Shown piece after piece: positions 1-42,026 of a stretch of 64,000 bases of DNA. A program made the position numbers and the translations under genes. Below the pieces are notes generated by a model that saw only the letters and a list, made by a program, of their open reading frames with translations, did no database searches and was not told the origin of the DNA. How positions within the stretch are numbered: the first letter of the stretch is position 1; the number at the start of each line of letters is the position of its first letter. This DNA comes from Lingula anatina (taxonomy: Eukaryota; Animalia; Brachiopoda). The stretch lies in assembly GCA_051362555.1 (NCBI GenBank), contig CM120645.1:6634001-6698000 (forward strand), written 5' to 3'.

Positions 1-536
1 ATTACATTTCTTGTAGCACAGGTATTAGGCTTATCAAACTTAAGAAGATCATGTCTATTCTGGATATTTTAGGCCATCCAAGCTTATTATTATTATTTAT
101 TTTATTTTTAAAAAATTTATCAACCTATTTTGTGAATTCCTTCAGGGGTAAAAAGTGGACATTATTTTATACACAAATAATGGAGCCCAAAACATTAATT
201 TTCAGCTGACTATACCATTCCTTGGCCTTGTCAATTTCTAGATAAGGTAAGGTTTGTAACTACTGTAAGCATATTTTTTCTTTCTCGAAAAAAAATATTT
301 TTCTTTCACCAATACAATCAGCTGGCAAAAAGCAATCAAATGTCTAGAATTTTAAGCCAATGCACCGTCTTTGGCCCTTAGTGGAAAAAATGTTATTTCA
401 AGTCTTAGATTAACAGCCGGGCATGCAAAACAATCCTCTTTCCTGATCATTTCAAAGCCTACGCACTACCTTACTTAATCCCAGATCAAGTCTAGAATAA
501 ACTTCATGTGTAAATATCACACTGAAAGCTACTTAC

Positions 537-695
537 CAGATGAACAATGACTTGCACAAAGTCTTCAATCTTTCAACAATCTGAATCAGAGATAACGAAT
601 GTCCTGGCAGCAGCGTGTGTGAACTCACAGCTTCTACACCTGGAATGAAAATGACACGCCCACTTACAGGATTTATCCACACACTCGTATTTATA
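537..695 (-). promoter_or_regulatory. Possible TATA promoter and non-coding first exon of a gene running off the left edge
   Basis: Minus-strand TATAAATA (688-695), then a strong donor TG|GTAAGT at 537/536; no coding homology recognised. Confidence 0.25.
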
Positions 696-834
696 CTGAC
701 TGCATTTAGTACACCTGCATGACAAGTTATCGACAATGGCAGATGACCGCTTACACAATATCCACTGCCCCGTCGTGATGGAAGGTCACCCTGATGAAAG
801 GGGCCTGTTGTTCCATTTTGACAATTCTAAAACC

Positions 835-966
835 CAGGGATGAGACTGAAAACGTTGGAAAATATGGCGTGAGGTCCAGGGGACCGCCTAGGCCAATGAT
901 ATTTTTACCCCCCAAAAAGTTGGAAATCTGCTGTCAGTCCGAAAAATCTCATTCCTGAACACCCTG
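835..966. mobile_element. Possible short MITE remnant (CAGGG...CCCTG termini)
   Basis: CAGGG at 835 and CCCTG ending at 966 around a GC-richer interior; no exact TSD seen. Confidence 0.25.
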
Positions 967-2007
967 TCCAATAACAATACCTTGTCCTATAACTATATCA
1001 CGACATTCACCTCCTTGATTCAGTAATTCAGGATCTGCTAATTCTGAGCTCTTTTCTTCGTTCTTCTATTAAAATGTGGCAATGAACATGTGCCAGTTGA
1101 AATGTAATCATCAACCACTCTGATACTCAGGGTGATGGGTTACTACAAATTAAAGAGGGTGAAGTGAGAGTTGAGAGAAAATGGAATTATTACACTTTTT
1201 CTTTTTCAAGGTCAAATATGTGAAGGCAATGATAATCAAATTCTATTTTTTAAAGCCAAAACGAACTCTCCCTCTCATTTGGGAGAAAAAAAAATTGTGT
1301 ACAACGAGTCTTGTAAAATAAAATTTTTAAATATTTTTAAATAAAAAAAAAAAGTTTAAATTTATAAAACAATCCATACAAGAACCAGGATTTCTTCAGT
1401 ATTGTGAACAATATGGCAAGCTATTCTCTTAATCACAGAGCCCTTCAAATAGGAAGGGGGACCTCTTATATACAGGGTGTGACTTTTTATGATCCTAACC
1501 GGATACAGACACACCACCATCATGTCTGCAACACAAACAACATAAAAGAACAGCAGAAAAGAATCAAATGAACAAATGTGTTGTATAGCATGAAAATTAC
1601 CTTGCTGAACAAAAACCACAACCAATTCTAATACAAAAATGTGATTTTCCCTCATGAAATTTAGTTGCTGTTCATAATTTAGCAATTGTCAATTCATGTC
1701 AGTCTGTTATTTACCTCAGGCAACAGGATACCTTGTTTCGTGAGACAATAACTACACAATTAAAAACCATTCACAGTTAGTCTGGATCTACTGATTATGA
1801 TCAGCCTATATATCATAGTACCATCATGTTGTTATCATCATACGTGGCCTGGCTCGACCCCTGACAGGATGCAATATCATTTAAATGTATCATCTCTGTG
1901 TCCAAGGGCACAGTTTCACTGAACCTTCTACTGGCCGCATTTTCAGTGAACTTATAACTCCTTAGCTCAGAAAGTTCTAACCACACATTCACAACAGACA
2001 GCTAGAG

Positions 2008-2175
2008 CAGGGGCTGATTGAGGCAGTCTTCTGAGTCTTCCGGAAGACGGTCAGATTTTCAAGTTTACATTTACGGTTATCTAATTTTTTCTGTCGGAAG
2101 ACGGTCAAAAATGGAAGATGGATCAACAAAGCTAATTTGGAAGACTGTCAGAAAATAGCTCTGGATCCGCCCCTG
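2008..2175. mobile_element. MITE with CAGGGGC(T/G)GAT TIRs and 5-bp TSD
   Basis: TIRs caggggctgat / atccgcccctg, with a TAGAG direct repeat on both flanks; interior has repeated ggaagacggtca motifs. Confidence 0.7.
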
Positions 2176-2421
2176 TAGAGGATACATACTTGTTATTTAC
2201 CCTTTACCATGTCCACAGGGAGATTCTTTAAAACTAGATGTTCACAGATATATCTATGGCCTCTCTGTGCACATTTCTCTACTGGGCTAGCATGGAAATT
2301 TTGCCTTCACTCAGCTGCTTTCTGGAAAGGAGGCTTTGCTATCTTGTTGGCTGATAAATTTTGAATTTCTCCTGCATCCAAATCTATCATGAGAATCAGA
2401 CCCATAGCCAGCTTTTATAAA

Positions 2422-2459
<38 letters not shown>

Positions 2460-4089
2460 GTGTGTGGTGGGGGGGGGGGGGGGGGGGGAGGGGGTCTTTT
2501 TCTGTAAACTTGGACCTTTACCGTGAAACCTTAATTAATGTACCTAGATAAAATTTTACCCAGAAGAAATGTTTCCCTGACTAAGAGGCCTGTGAATTAA
2601 AAGATGTCCTAAGTGCACCAGGGTTACTGCAAGCATGTGGCTTTCCAGTTCACAGATGTCCTTAAATGACGTATTACTTAATCTCTCCAAGTTCATTTGT
2701 GGTTCAGTAATCACACATTTTTCACACCAACAACAGATGTCCATAACAACATCAGAGGCCATCAACTCCCTTTACTACAAACCATAACTGAATTATGATT
2801 TTTTCTCTCTTAATTATTTGACTACAGCACTCAATGATTTATTGTGCATCTGGAATCTCATTTTAAATCAATATGAATATGGTTATTTCTATAAATCACA
2901 GAGAAAAATAGAACACTTTAAAAGGATATATACATGTGCTACTTGTAAACTTGTCATGGGTTATTTTAGTACTGTAAGCTCTTTTCAGTTTGTTTCACAT
3001 AAAAATTGTGGCTTTCTTACGTGGCATCATTTTTTGCATATCATTGTGACTTATCAGAAGTCTATAGCAAAAATTAAAATGCTGCACTCATCCTTCCTTT
3101 AAACTTCCAGCATTACCAGTCACCCATAAAAAAATAAAAGTCATTCAAAATTGCATTTTACAGATTGGTATGCAGAACAGATTAGGGTCCTACTGTGTTA
3201 TTCAAATACACTTTCTGACTGATAATGATTTGGGCCAGTAGAACTTTTAAAAGAACCTGGAGGCTTCAAAGGGCGCCATTGGCTAAAAAGCTTCTGGCAT
3301 GCCATTATCGTGCCTATAGTGGAAAAGGAATGGGGGCAACATACTACTTATTAAACAAGACATGCTCCATGATGTACATAGAAGGAAACGTGACTGCTGC
3401 TTCATCATTTTATTTGGGTGGAGAAAATTATCTCTTGCACTTTGTATTCTGATTGTTCATTAAATTGGTTAAAAAGAACCTGGATACTCACCATATTAAA
3501 GCAATTAAAAGTTTTAACATCACAACTTAGGAATTAACTAGGTTCTTATACTCAATAAAATACAAATCCAGACGCATTTGTGTCTGCAATCTAAGACATA
3601 CTTCTATAAAGATGCCAAAATGTCTTATCAATGATTGCCATTATTGAAATGCTATTGCACTGCAGACCAACTGAGCAATGTTGAAACACAGTGATTAAAA
3701 TGCAAACAACACTTGTTTACATTCTAAGCTAGAAAACAATATGCAACCTAGCTTAAGTGTTAACAAAATTAATAAAATTGCTTAGAGAGCAATTAACCTA
3801 CTGTACTAGCATAATTGAAAAATTATAAAACCCAAATTAATACAAAAAATAATAGAGTCACAAATACAAGCCATTCGATATACAAAATGTCATGTCTCAA
3901 ACTTTTTCACAAGAACTCGGAATCTGTATACTACTCATCACAATCTTTTCGCAAGTTAATTAATAAATTAATTAATAAATAAATAAAATAGAACAAATAA
4001 TTACATAAGTTCAGACATGGTGGTAAATGTACTCAAATAGCGATCAAATATTTACAAAATTCTCTTAACAAAACTGACACGTTTGACAT

Positions 4090-4889
4090 TCCCTGTGTGT
4101 GCTCTTCTTAACATAATCGTACGTAAAATGATCAATCATGATCACAAAACGGCCTAAACTATATTGGGTATATAACGTTATAAGTTATATAAATCAGCCG
4201 GCTGTTTCGCAACAGCAAATTTTAAAGGTAGTAGATCTACCGGTATCAACGAAAAACTGTTAAAAGACTAGAGTTGACACACCTACCACTGGAGACGGGC
4301 ACTTCAGATAAAACCTAGACGGAGCGTCAGCGGTATTTATATGAATGACATCCGTGTAAAAGTGTCCTATTTTATAACCTCTGTGCTTTGACCCAAGAGA
4401 AGGATCGGGAAATCGCAACAGATTTATCAATGAAAACAAATACTATTTGCCTTTGTCAAGTTAAAAAAGCAGGAGCGATGCGTTAAGGTAACTGTCAAGC
4501 TCAACCTTTCACTGGATATATTAATAAAATGATCGGAATTATACTACAAGCGGAAAATACATGTTACCTCACCTTCTATCAGAGGATCGCTCAGGTCATA
4601 TGCTAATATACAGGATGTGACGTCACAAGACCTTTCATACGACGTAATCTCCGAATAAAAGTAGAAATAAACATTAATACGAGTATGCAGTTCATTGTGG
4701 ATGTAATTTTAGTTTTGTTACTTATGTTGCAAACAATATTTATTTTATACTAGCCTCCCTATATGTTTTGCTTGTCAGTTTAGACCAGTAAGTGTGTTCG
4801 AGAGTATTTATCCTTTGAACGAGAATGAATTATGCTAGTACGCACGCGCAAGACATCAACTTCAAATGAGATGTGAAGTCGTGACATGC

Positions 4890-4920
<31 letters not shown>
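4090..4920. mobile_element. CpG-rich probable transposon-derived insertion followed by an A30 tract
   Basis: Abrupt rise in CpG relative to the flanks; ttaaaggtag terminus-like motif near 4222; poly(A) at 4891-4920; second terminus not found. Confidence 0.3.
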
Positions 4921-4926
<6 letters not shown>

Positions 4927-5474
4927 AATTCAAAATTTAAGTAACAAATGCAATATGATACTCAACTTAACAGCTGTTCAGTGAACGATAATTAAATGAA
5001 GAAATAATCAAGTATCTATTTTTCTACAGTTGATTTCAGTACAAAATCATTTACAAAAATTTATGAAATAAAAGATGTTCAAGCAAGACAAGTTCTGATC
5101 TCTTGAAGAAGCTTTCATGCAAATGTGGGGAAATATTTTGTTTTATGATCAACAACAAGTTTAACATTATTTAATATACACAATTTATTACACTTGCAAC
5201 TTGTATATATGTACATACATAATTCTCATATAAATGCAGTGATCAGAAATACACATACAAATGCTCAGTATTTTAAAGAAAAATAAAAAAATTTACAATA
5301 AAATAAGAATATACATAGAATATTTTCAAAACACAAAGCAATAAAAAAGGTTATATTATGTGGATATACATGTACTGGTACTCTGTATTTTCCGTTGTAT
5401 TATGCCCATATATGCTAGTGCATGTACAGTACAGTAAAAAGTATAAATTGACAAGAGTACAAATATCTCTTAAA

Positions 5475-5636
5475 TCATTGGACATTATTATATGCATTTT
5501 TTTGCAATTATACCAATATCAATGGACATTATTATATGCATTTTTGCAATTATGTCAATATCATTGGACATTATTATATGAATTTTTGCCATTATGCCAA
5601 TATCATTGGACATTAATATATGCATCTTTTGCAATT
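5475..5636. repeat. ~42-bp tandem repeat, ~4 copies, in the presumed GRIP 3'UTR
   Basis: tca(t/a)tggacatta(t/a)tatatg recurs at 5475, 5519, 5561 and 5603. Confidence 0.85.
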
Positions 5637-6187
5637 CCACCAATAGTGATTCACTCCTAAATATTAATTGCACAGCAATTATTTTAATCATGTTGGGTAT
5701 TTGTAAGTTATCTTTTCAAATAAAAGCAGTAACTCTAAAATGCATCTTTTTGATACTGCTCCAAACACACCAAACAAAATCCTGGATTATTATTAATAAA
5801 AGGATCGGCCATTACTGTAGTCTACTCCCCTCCGATACTTCTCTTTTTTTCAGCTGTAAAGACTAGATTTATGACAAAATCTGAGCACCAATATAAAGGT
5901 TTCCTGAGAGATAGATTAGAAATAACTGATCAATATCTTACACAAATTCCATTTTGCTTGGCTTTATGAGTGATGAAGTAACCACTGATAGTGCAAAATG
6001 TTTAATGTAGCACATCAATGATTTGCTCCTTTATATATCAAAAACAAAAGCTTGTTAAGAAGAAATATTGAAATTTTACCCTTACGGAAAATATAGCGGA
6101 ACTTTTTCTTCACTCATATTCATAAACTTTACCCTGTACATAAAATGTAAATCAAGAATAATTTTATGAAGTCCTCCACAACTTTTT

Positions 6188-34383
<28,196 letters not shown>

Positions 34384-34655
34384 TTTACCTCATTCCTCAT
34401 TTAATAGTACAATACGTATTTAATAAGATAAAACGTGCATTTTCTTGCTCTCGGTTTTGGTAAAGATTTCATGCCTTCAAAATGGTGCATAATATTAAGG
34501 TCTCCTTTACAAGAAGAGTCAACCCAAGAACAAGATAATGCCGTTTTTCCCAAAAATGCGTAATGGGAATGTGCCAAATTTCTTCCATTTGTATGATGTT
34601 ATGTGACTTTGCAAGTCTCTGGCAATCGCTAATATTACTCAGTGGTGGTGGTGGT

Positions 34656-34693
<38 letters not shown>

Positions 34694-35269
34694 GGTGGGG
34701 GGTGGGGGTGGGGGAGGCAACTTGTTTACGTTGATCAATGATCACATTCATAATTTATTTACCTCACCTATTATCGTAAGTTACACTTAGATAAATACAT
34801 CATAAGAAACAATACGAAAATGATGACACATTAAAAATATTTTTAAATTAATACATTAATGATATCGCCCGTAAAAAAAAAAATAATAATAATATCTAAG
34901 TACTAGTACGACATAAACATAACATAACTTTATGATCAATGTCATGGATGTTTTATTTTCACTAAAATTAGGCTTTTAATCATCGGGCCAAAGTCCATCA
35001 ATATATGTGTAAGTAGGCTATCTCCAGGATTTAATCAGGGTCAAAGGACTAACATGTTATTTCAAGATATGGAAATCCCAATAGGCGTGCGAACAAAATT
35101 TCTCATCGTCGATCCTTTTATTGTTTAACCAAATTTTATGTTCTATGTTCATAATATAAACAAATTACATAGTTTTTAGTTGAAATAAACGATATTCATT
35201 AAATAGAATCACTGTCATTTAGTATGAATTCATTGTTTTTGCACAAAGAGAAAGAAAACGAAAGTGTAA

Positions 35270-35360
35270 TCACTGGCTCTGGTGGCAGTTAGCTCAACAA
35301 GCGCAACTCAGCACGTGCCGTGACGACACGACAGGAAGTGGGCTGCGATTGGCTGATGTT
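35270..35360. promoter_or_regulatory. Promoter motif cluster between divergent GRIP and AdipoR
   Basis: E-box CACGTG (35312), GTGACG half-CRE, ETS ACAGGAAGTG (35331), inverted CCAAT GATTGG (35347); locally CpG-rich. Confidence 0.65.
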
Positions 35361-35492
35361 CCCTGGCACCATCTTGTTGATGTAGAAGAGGTCGAAGTCT
35401 ACATCGAGGATTGTCAATAGAAGACTAAGCACGACCTTAATTAATTTATTATACACGAAATAAGTACGCAGAGATCTCAAATATTGTCTCAG
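35360..35492 (+). other. ADIPOR: AdipoR non-coding exon 1 (start approximate)
   Basis: Strong donor CAG|gtaaga at 35492 just downstream of the promoter motifs; next acceptor ttttcag ends at 36031. Confidence 0.55.
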
Positions 35493-36055
35493 GTAAGAGT
35501 TTGATTTCCTTGAAGAACAGCACAGGTTGTTTTTTTTACAGTAAACCTCACTCAAAGTCGAAGTGGTTCACACAATGTTTTGACCAGATTTCAACTTTCG
35601 TTAATTGTAATTTGAGTTAATGCTAGCGTCACCGGTGTAATTGGTGTAATTCGACGTTAGCTGTAATCTAGCATCTTGTCAGTATATTGTCTGTCATTGA
35701 TACAGGTTAGAAAGTTTTCATCAGGCGTTGATTACTAAAAGGTACTACTAGTGAAATTGCTTCCTGGTATCAAGTTAATTGAAATTAAATTAGTTTTTAA
35801 ATAATGTTCATAGCCTATTCGGTTGTAGTATGTTATAATGTTATGATTTGAAATGTTCTTCAGGACAACAAGTTCAAAGATCCTTATATGTCTGATGAGC
35901 ATTTTTACCCAATATATAGCGACTTGTTTTCTTAATTTAGTTTACAATTTACATAAAACTAATCAGTAATTTCATCATGTCATAATTGCATTCTCAGGAT
36001 CTACATCAAGTTCACATTGAAATATTTTCAGAAGGAAATGCAACACTGACAAGTG

Positions 36056-36373
36056 ATGTCTGTCAGCCCCACCACTGAAGTGGGATTCCCACGTCCCACA
36101 CAACAAGAACGGACAACTGTCACGAAGAGAAATAACACACAAACAGCTTCAATCCCAAGCACAGACAGTAATACTTCTCATACACAATCAATGTCAAAAC
36201 CCAGCACTTCAAACAGTAGGTCATCTACCAACACTGCCCTGGTGGAAGACTCACCTCAGCTGATAAGTTTGGCAGACACGGAAGACTTGGATGACCCGGA
36301 CAATGGTCTCAGTGGGGATGAAGTCAGAAAGAAGACGGAGGAAGGGAAGCTGCTTCAGGATGCTAACTATGAG
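36056..36373 (+). CDS. ADIPOR: AdipoR first coding exon (S/T-rich cytoplasmic N-terminus)
   Basis: ATG TCT GTC ... TAT GAG|gtatgt; phase 0, matches the acceptor at 39787. Confidence 0.8.
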
Positions 36374-39300
36374 GTATGTACAGTTTCACTGTAAGGTTTA
36401 CCTTTTTGTGTGTTTTGTTACATTTTCTTATTTTAGACCAACCACATATTATTATAGGTATGCTGACAGGTCGTTTTTGATGAGAGATGTACAAAATTCA
36501 GGAGTTGTTGAGTTATTGTTATAAGCTGTGACAGAAAAAAATTAAATAGTTAACAACATACCGTTCTGAGGATTATTTTAAACGGATTGTCACCTGGATA
36601 TTTATGACCAACACACTTTTCAGATGGAGATGATTTATAAGCAGTATATTATAGGCAGTATTCTTCAATCATGGTACTTTAAGTCTCCTTTCAAGTAGCA
36701 TTTCTCTTGTAAATAACAAATGTATATCATCTGAACTCATCCTATTTTCTATCTTTTTTTTCAACCATTTTCTCTTTCCTCTTTCTTCTTGGGAACTTTG
36801 TAGCTAATGCTGCAGCAGGTGCTTGAGCCAGAACTTACGCTCCCAAAGAAAAAGAGCAGAAAACAGAAATATTCCTGTATTTGTTGTGCAAAACAGGTAA
36901 AAAGGACTACCAAGTACAGACATGTCATTTGGTTGAGGATTGACCCCCCCCCCCCCCCAAAAAAAAAAAGGGGGGGGGGGGGGGAGGGGAACTGACTTAA
37001 ATTTCGAACAATGAATTATGAATATGAATGTTGTTGTTCTTTGAAATTCCTCAATGACATGTCTGCAAGCATGTTCCTTCGTGATGATCTTTTTGCGATA
37101 TTTATTTTCAAGCCAAGATTGCATGCATTGCCACGTCTATTCTCGGATGCTATGTCCTGGGCTTAGGGATAAAGCATGGGAACTCTGCCTGACTGCTCTT
37201 TTCACCTCTGTTTGCCAACACTGGCTCTTTGCTTATGTTTTATGCATGGAAACTGTGCTTCCCAATGACATACAACAGCATATTACATATTTATGTTATG
37301 GTAACATGTACTCATTTACATCATAGATTGTTTTTTTAATAAACTCATTATTATTAGTAGTATTAGTAATTAGAATTGATGTACCAGATTTATAACTCAG
37401 AATTAATGGGCAAACTCCAGTCACATTGATTTATTGACAACTTGACATAGACTTGTGACCTCAAGTCAATGACTCGCACAAACACAGGCAAGCACGTACA
37501 TACACACACATACACACACATACACACACACACACACAAAACTGTCACCAATGTCAGGATAATATAACTACATGTAGGTGGTCCAAAGTTCAGATAGCTA
37601 TCTGACCTATTTGGTAAGATGATGAAAATAGAAAATTTTAAGTGGACACTCATGTCACAATAGTGAACTATAAATCAGACAAGAGGAATGCTCTCGGTGG
37701 TTGTTAATTTTTAGTTCATTGCCTTTTGAAAAGAGACACTTGTAGTCTATTAATATTGTATTCAATAATAAACAAACAGTGGCAGCCCTTTATATGATAA
37801 AATAAAATGTTATTCTCAATAAAATGGGTCATAGTATGCTGTAGACAGTAGCTCATTGCCCTTAAGTGTAGCTTGATAACCTGGGTGATGGTATCATCAC
37901 ATGCTGAAGTGGGAACTATTCAGAGCTATGAACTGCACAAACACATGCTTAGATCTGTATTTGTTACACCAGTTGTGCAGTGCAATTGATTATTTTATTA
38001 CAAAATTCTGTAATTGTCTTGTAACTCGATGGATTTTTTCTTGATCCAGAAGCAACCCAAACAAAATTCTCTCTAGGTCAGGAAAGTGAGCAATTCATCA
38101 GAGGCTCATTTCATGTCATTATTGATTTTAAGTCAGTCGTGTTGTACAGTGTGTGAGAGACAAAAATCGATGAAATTAATTAAGATGATTCACAAGAAGG
38201 ATCTGTAAGAGGAGATGCATCCGAGGGTTTTGAAAGCAAAATGTCTTGTCCGGTTTCATGCTTGCATTGAAGATTTTTGCCATTTTTGGTTAAAAATGAT
38301 TTAGCTAAAATAAATGTTGTATTGATATTGAGCTTTTGTAGCAGCATTCAGAAGCTGAAATATAGTTTTAGAATGTATTAGTACTATATTAGTCATAGTG
38401 TGTGTTTGTGTGCACTTGTGTTAATTCTGTTATGCTGCCATTGTACATAGTGTGCATTTATTACTAGGAGGTTGCTTTTATTTAATTTTATTTGATATAA
38501 TGATTGGTTTATTGATTGTACACAATGTGGTTTTATTAAAGAAACATATGAATTTATATAATTAGAATAGAGTGCATTTTATATGAAGATTGGTCAGCTG
38601 ACGAAATTTCAGCACATTGACACTACAACACAAGTGCATTGGCAGCTACTTAGTATGGCAGTTGTATTCTACCCTTCAATCATCTAGGATGACCAACATT
38701 GAGTTGAAGCTCCTTTTGATTTTTATGTGGCCTGCTTTGCCAAAATGACATAAAACCAACATTGCCACCAAGCATGTAATCCGTGTCCTCTTACAAAGTG
38801 TTTTGACACCATTTCATGTCATTACTCAGAAATGTGATTACTATATTCATTGTGTTCCATGTAATGTTGATCAATACAATTCTCTCGTCTACAATGTACA
38901 TATTACAGCTGTTTAATGCATGGTATGTACATGTTCTTGTGACACTTGATGTGTGTGTGGCTTGTATTGTAAGGTTAGTGCACATTGCCTGGTTTGCATG
39001 TGTGAAAATTTGGGTGTGCCATGACATCTATTAAGGTACATGATATATTTATGGGCTTACTATAAATGAATAATATTGTTTTGAGAATCGTAATGATTCA
39101 ATAAAATTTAATGAAAAGACAAAATATTTTGGAAAAAAGAGAAATAAATGAATAATCATTTTGAAATTTTATTTTAGATTTTACAAATAATTTCAGTATG
39201 AAACATTTGAATTTCCTTTCTTATTTTCAGGTACTAGTTTCCACCATCCTTTTATCATCTTGGCTCAGTAGAGCATGTACTTTTTGCTGGTCGAGTAATA

Positions 39301-41990
39301 CATATCATCTTCTAATAATTTTGATTAGGCTAAAAAGGTTCATTATTCACCAGCTTAAGACTTAATACTGGCCTGGCACCTTTTCCCTTACCCCAACTCT
39401 ACCCCCTCATATAAAGAATAAGAGAAGCAACTCCCTCCACTCCACCCCAGGCTATCCTAAAACATGGTGTCACTGTGCATTTACAATTAATCTATGGTAC
39501 TAGCTAGTAGTGCACACTAACTGCACGGGAACACTCACTGGATACAATCATATATAAACAGATTAACACACCTCCTCCTGGCATGAGTAGAATATCGAAA
39601 ATCTAAGTATGCTTGAAACATTAGGAGGTATGTTAATTGGATTGCAGTCAGCAAGAGTCCCCGTGGACACAAGCTAGTGTGATAGATTCATTGTGAACAC
39701 ACCCATAGAGTAAGCTAACCAAGCCCCGTCCATCACGTTTTCTCCATCTCTTGACTAAAGTTGCCTTTAATCTTGTGTTTTTCCAGCATAACTCAGAGAA
39801 TGATGATGAAGAAGAGGCTGGAGAGGAGGACGCCCTGAACCCAGCGGTGGACATCATCCACGCCATAGGGAGACGTATGGAACAGGCAGAGGAGTTTGTC
39901 AAGAAAGGATGGTGGGAGATCGTGCACCACAACCACCTGCCGAACTGGCTCAAAGACAATGAGTTTCTGTTACACGGCCACAGGCCGCAGCTGAACAGCT
40001 TTTCAGACTGTTTTAAATCTGTATTCAGAATTCACACAGAGACAGGGAATATCTGGACACATCTGCTAGGTATGATGAAAGAGAGAGGATTCTATGACTT
40101 GTAATTTTCTGTCCTTATATATATTTATATTTAATTATTATTTATTTCACATAATCTTTCTTTTTTCTAAAATAAAAAATGAAAAAAAAAAAACAACAAA
40201 TTTTAGATTATTCAAACAAGATTTTTGTTGTGTAATACCCCTGGATAGATTATAAGTATTGTGATTTATTATCAACATTGTGTCATAGATCATAAGTAAC
40301 AAGTCACCAGTACAAAAATTGTGAATGATTACTCATGTCACATTTTCTCATCTACTCATTTCCTCTCTTCTAGGTTTTATAGCCTTCATAGGCATTGCGG
40401 GGTACTTCCTATCCCGTCCCACCATAGAAGTCCAGTGGCAGGAGAAAGCGGTGTTCTCTGCCTTCTTTCTAGGTGCCATACTGTGTCTAGGGTTTTCTTG
40501 GGTGTTCCACACCGTGTACTGCCACTCAGAGCGTGTGGGGAGACTCTTCAATAAGTGAGTCCAGAATGTAGTGGAATTACCCCTAAGAAATTTCTACATT
40601 TCATTTTATTCGATGTATTCCTGTATTTTTGTTGTACAGTAGACCTGAAGTATAATAACTGCACATATACATGACACTTATAAATACAACTGAATCTGGA
40701 ATTCACTGGCCTAAGAGAACCGAAAGAACACTATACACATGTAACTAAGTTAAACTTTGCACATAACAGAGAAGAAAAGCCCATCCCACTTAGTATGTTA
40801 GAAGTATTGATAATAGAAGCAGTACAAATACTCTGCTACAGTAGCCTTGAATGTGTTCACTTTTATGATGTCTGCACTTTTTGTTCTGTTCTTTCACGGA
40901 TTTCACTGTCATCTTGACACATATTATTCCATATTTCAGATTGGACTACTGTGGTATAGCGCTGCTGACTATGGGATCCTTCGTGCCCTGGCTGTACTAC
41001 AGTTTCTACTGTGAACTAGGGCCAAAGATCGCCTACCTTGTACTCATATTTACTCTAGGAGGCTTCTGTATACTGGTCTCACTATGGGACAAGTTTGCTG
41101 AGCCGAGGTTCAGGGCAGTAAGGGCTGGTAAGATATTATGTACAGGTTGCTAGATAGATAGTTACACATAGAAGTATGGGTAGCACAGGTGTGAAAGGGT
41201 GAGAGTATCATGTTGATGTTATTTTTTGGGGGATCAAGGGAAGTTTGCAAATTGAGTTTTGGGTGAACAAGTTCTGTGTCAGCTTCTCTGTTATTTTGCT
41301 TATTTTAAAATACCTAAAGATGTGATTTTCCAAGAGATTAAAATTATCTCTTTGTCTCCTCTTTGTCAGTTATTGAGTTTCAAGCTCATATATATTTATG
41401 AAGTTATTAACTGACTTTCATATTGCTGTTCCAACAAATCAAAAAGCAGCTTCACATCCACTGTCCATTTATTTATTTATTTATTTTCTTTCTTTCCAGG
41501 TGTCTTTGTAGCTCTAGGCCTAAGCGGTGTGATCCCCGCGTGTCACTACGTGATCCAGAATGGTTTCTGGGATGCTGTGAATAACGTGGCCATGGGCTGG
41601 CTGGTCCTCATGGCTTTCCTCTATATCTTTGGTGCTTTTATATACGCCATCCGGTTCCCTGAAAGGATCTTTCCTGGAAAGTGTGATATATGGGTAGGTT
41701 TTGGTGATTTTTTTTTTCTTTTTTTTTTTTCTTTTTTTATTTTTTTGGTTGTTGTTTTCCCAGGTGAATTAGGCTTGCTTGATTGGTGATACATTTAACT
41801 TTGTCTGAACACTTCTTTACTTAGGTTTCAGCTGCTTTGTTTTCTCACCAGTGTAGTAAACTGGTTTTTGTGTTCTGTTGACGTGGGCAGTCTCTCCATA
41901 AAGTGGGTTCATCTCTCAGTTCAGACTTTTTGTTTCAGTTCCTGCATTATATGTTTATGCATTAATCTCACCAGTAGCCAGTTGCACAGC

Positions 41991-42026
<36 letters not shown>

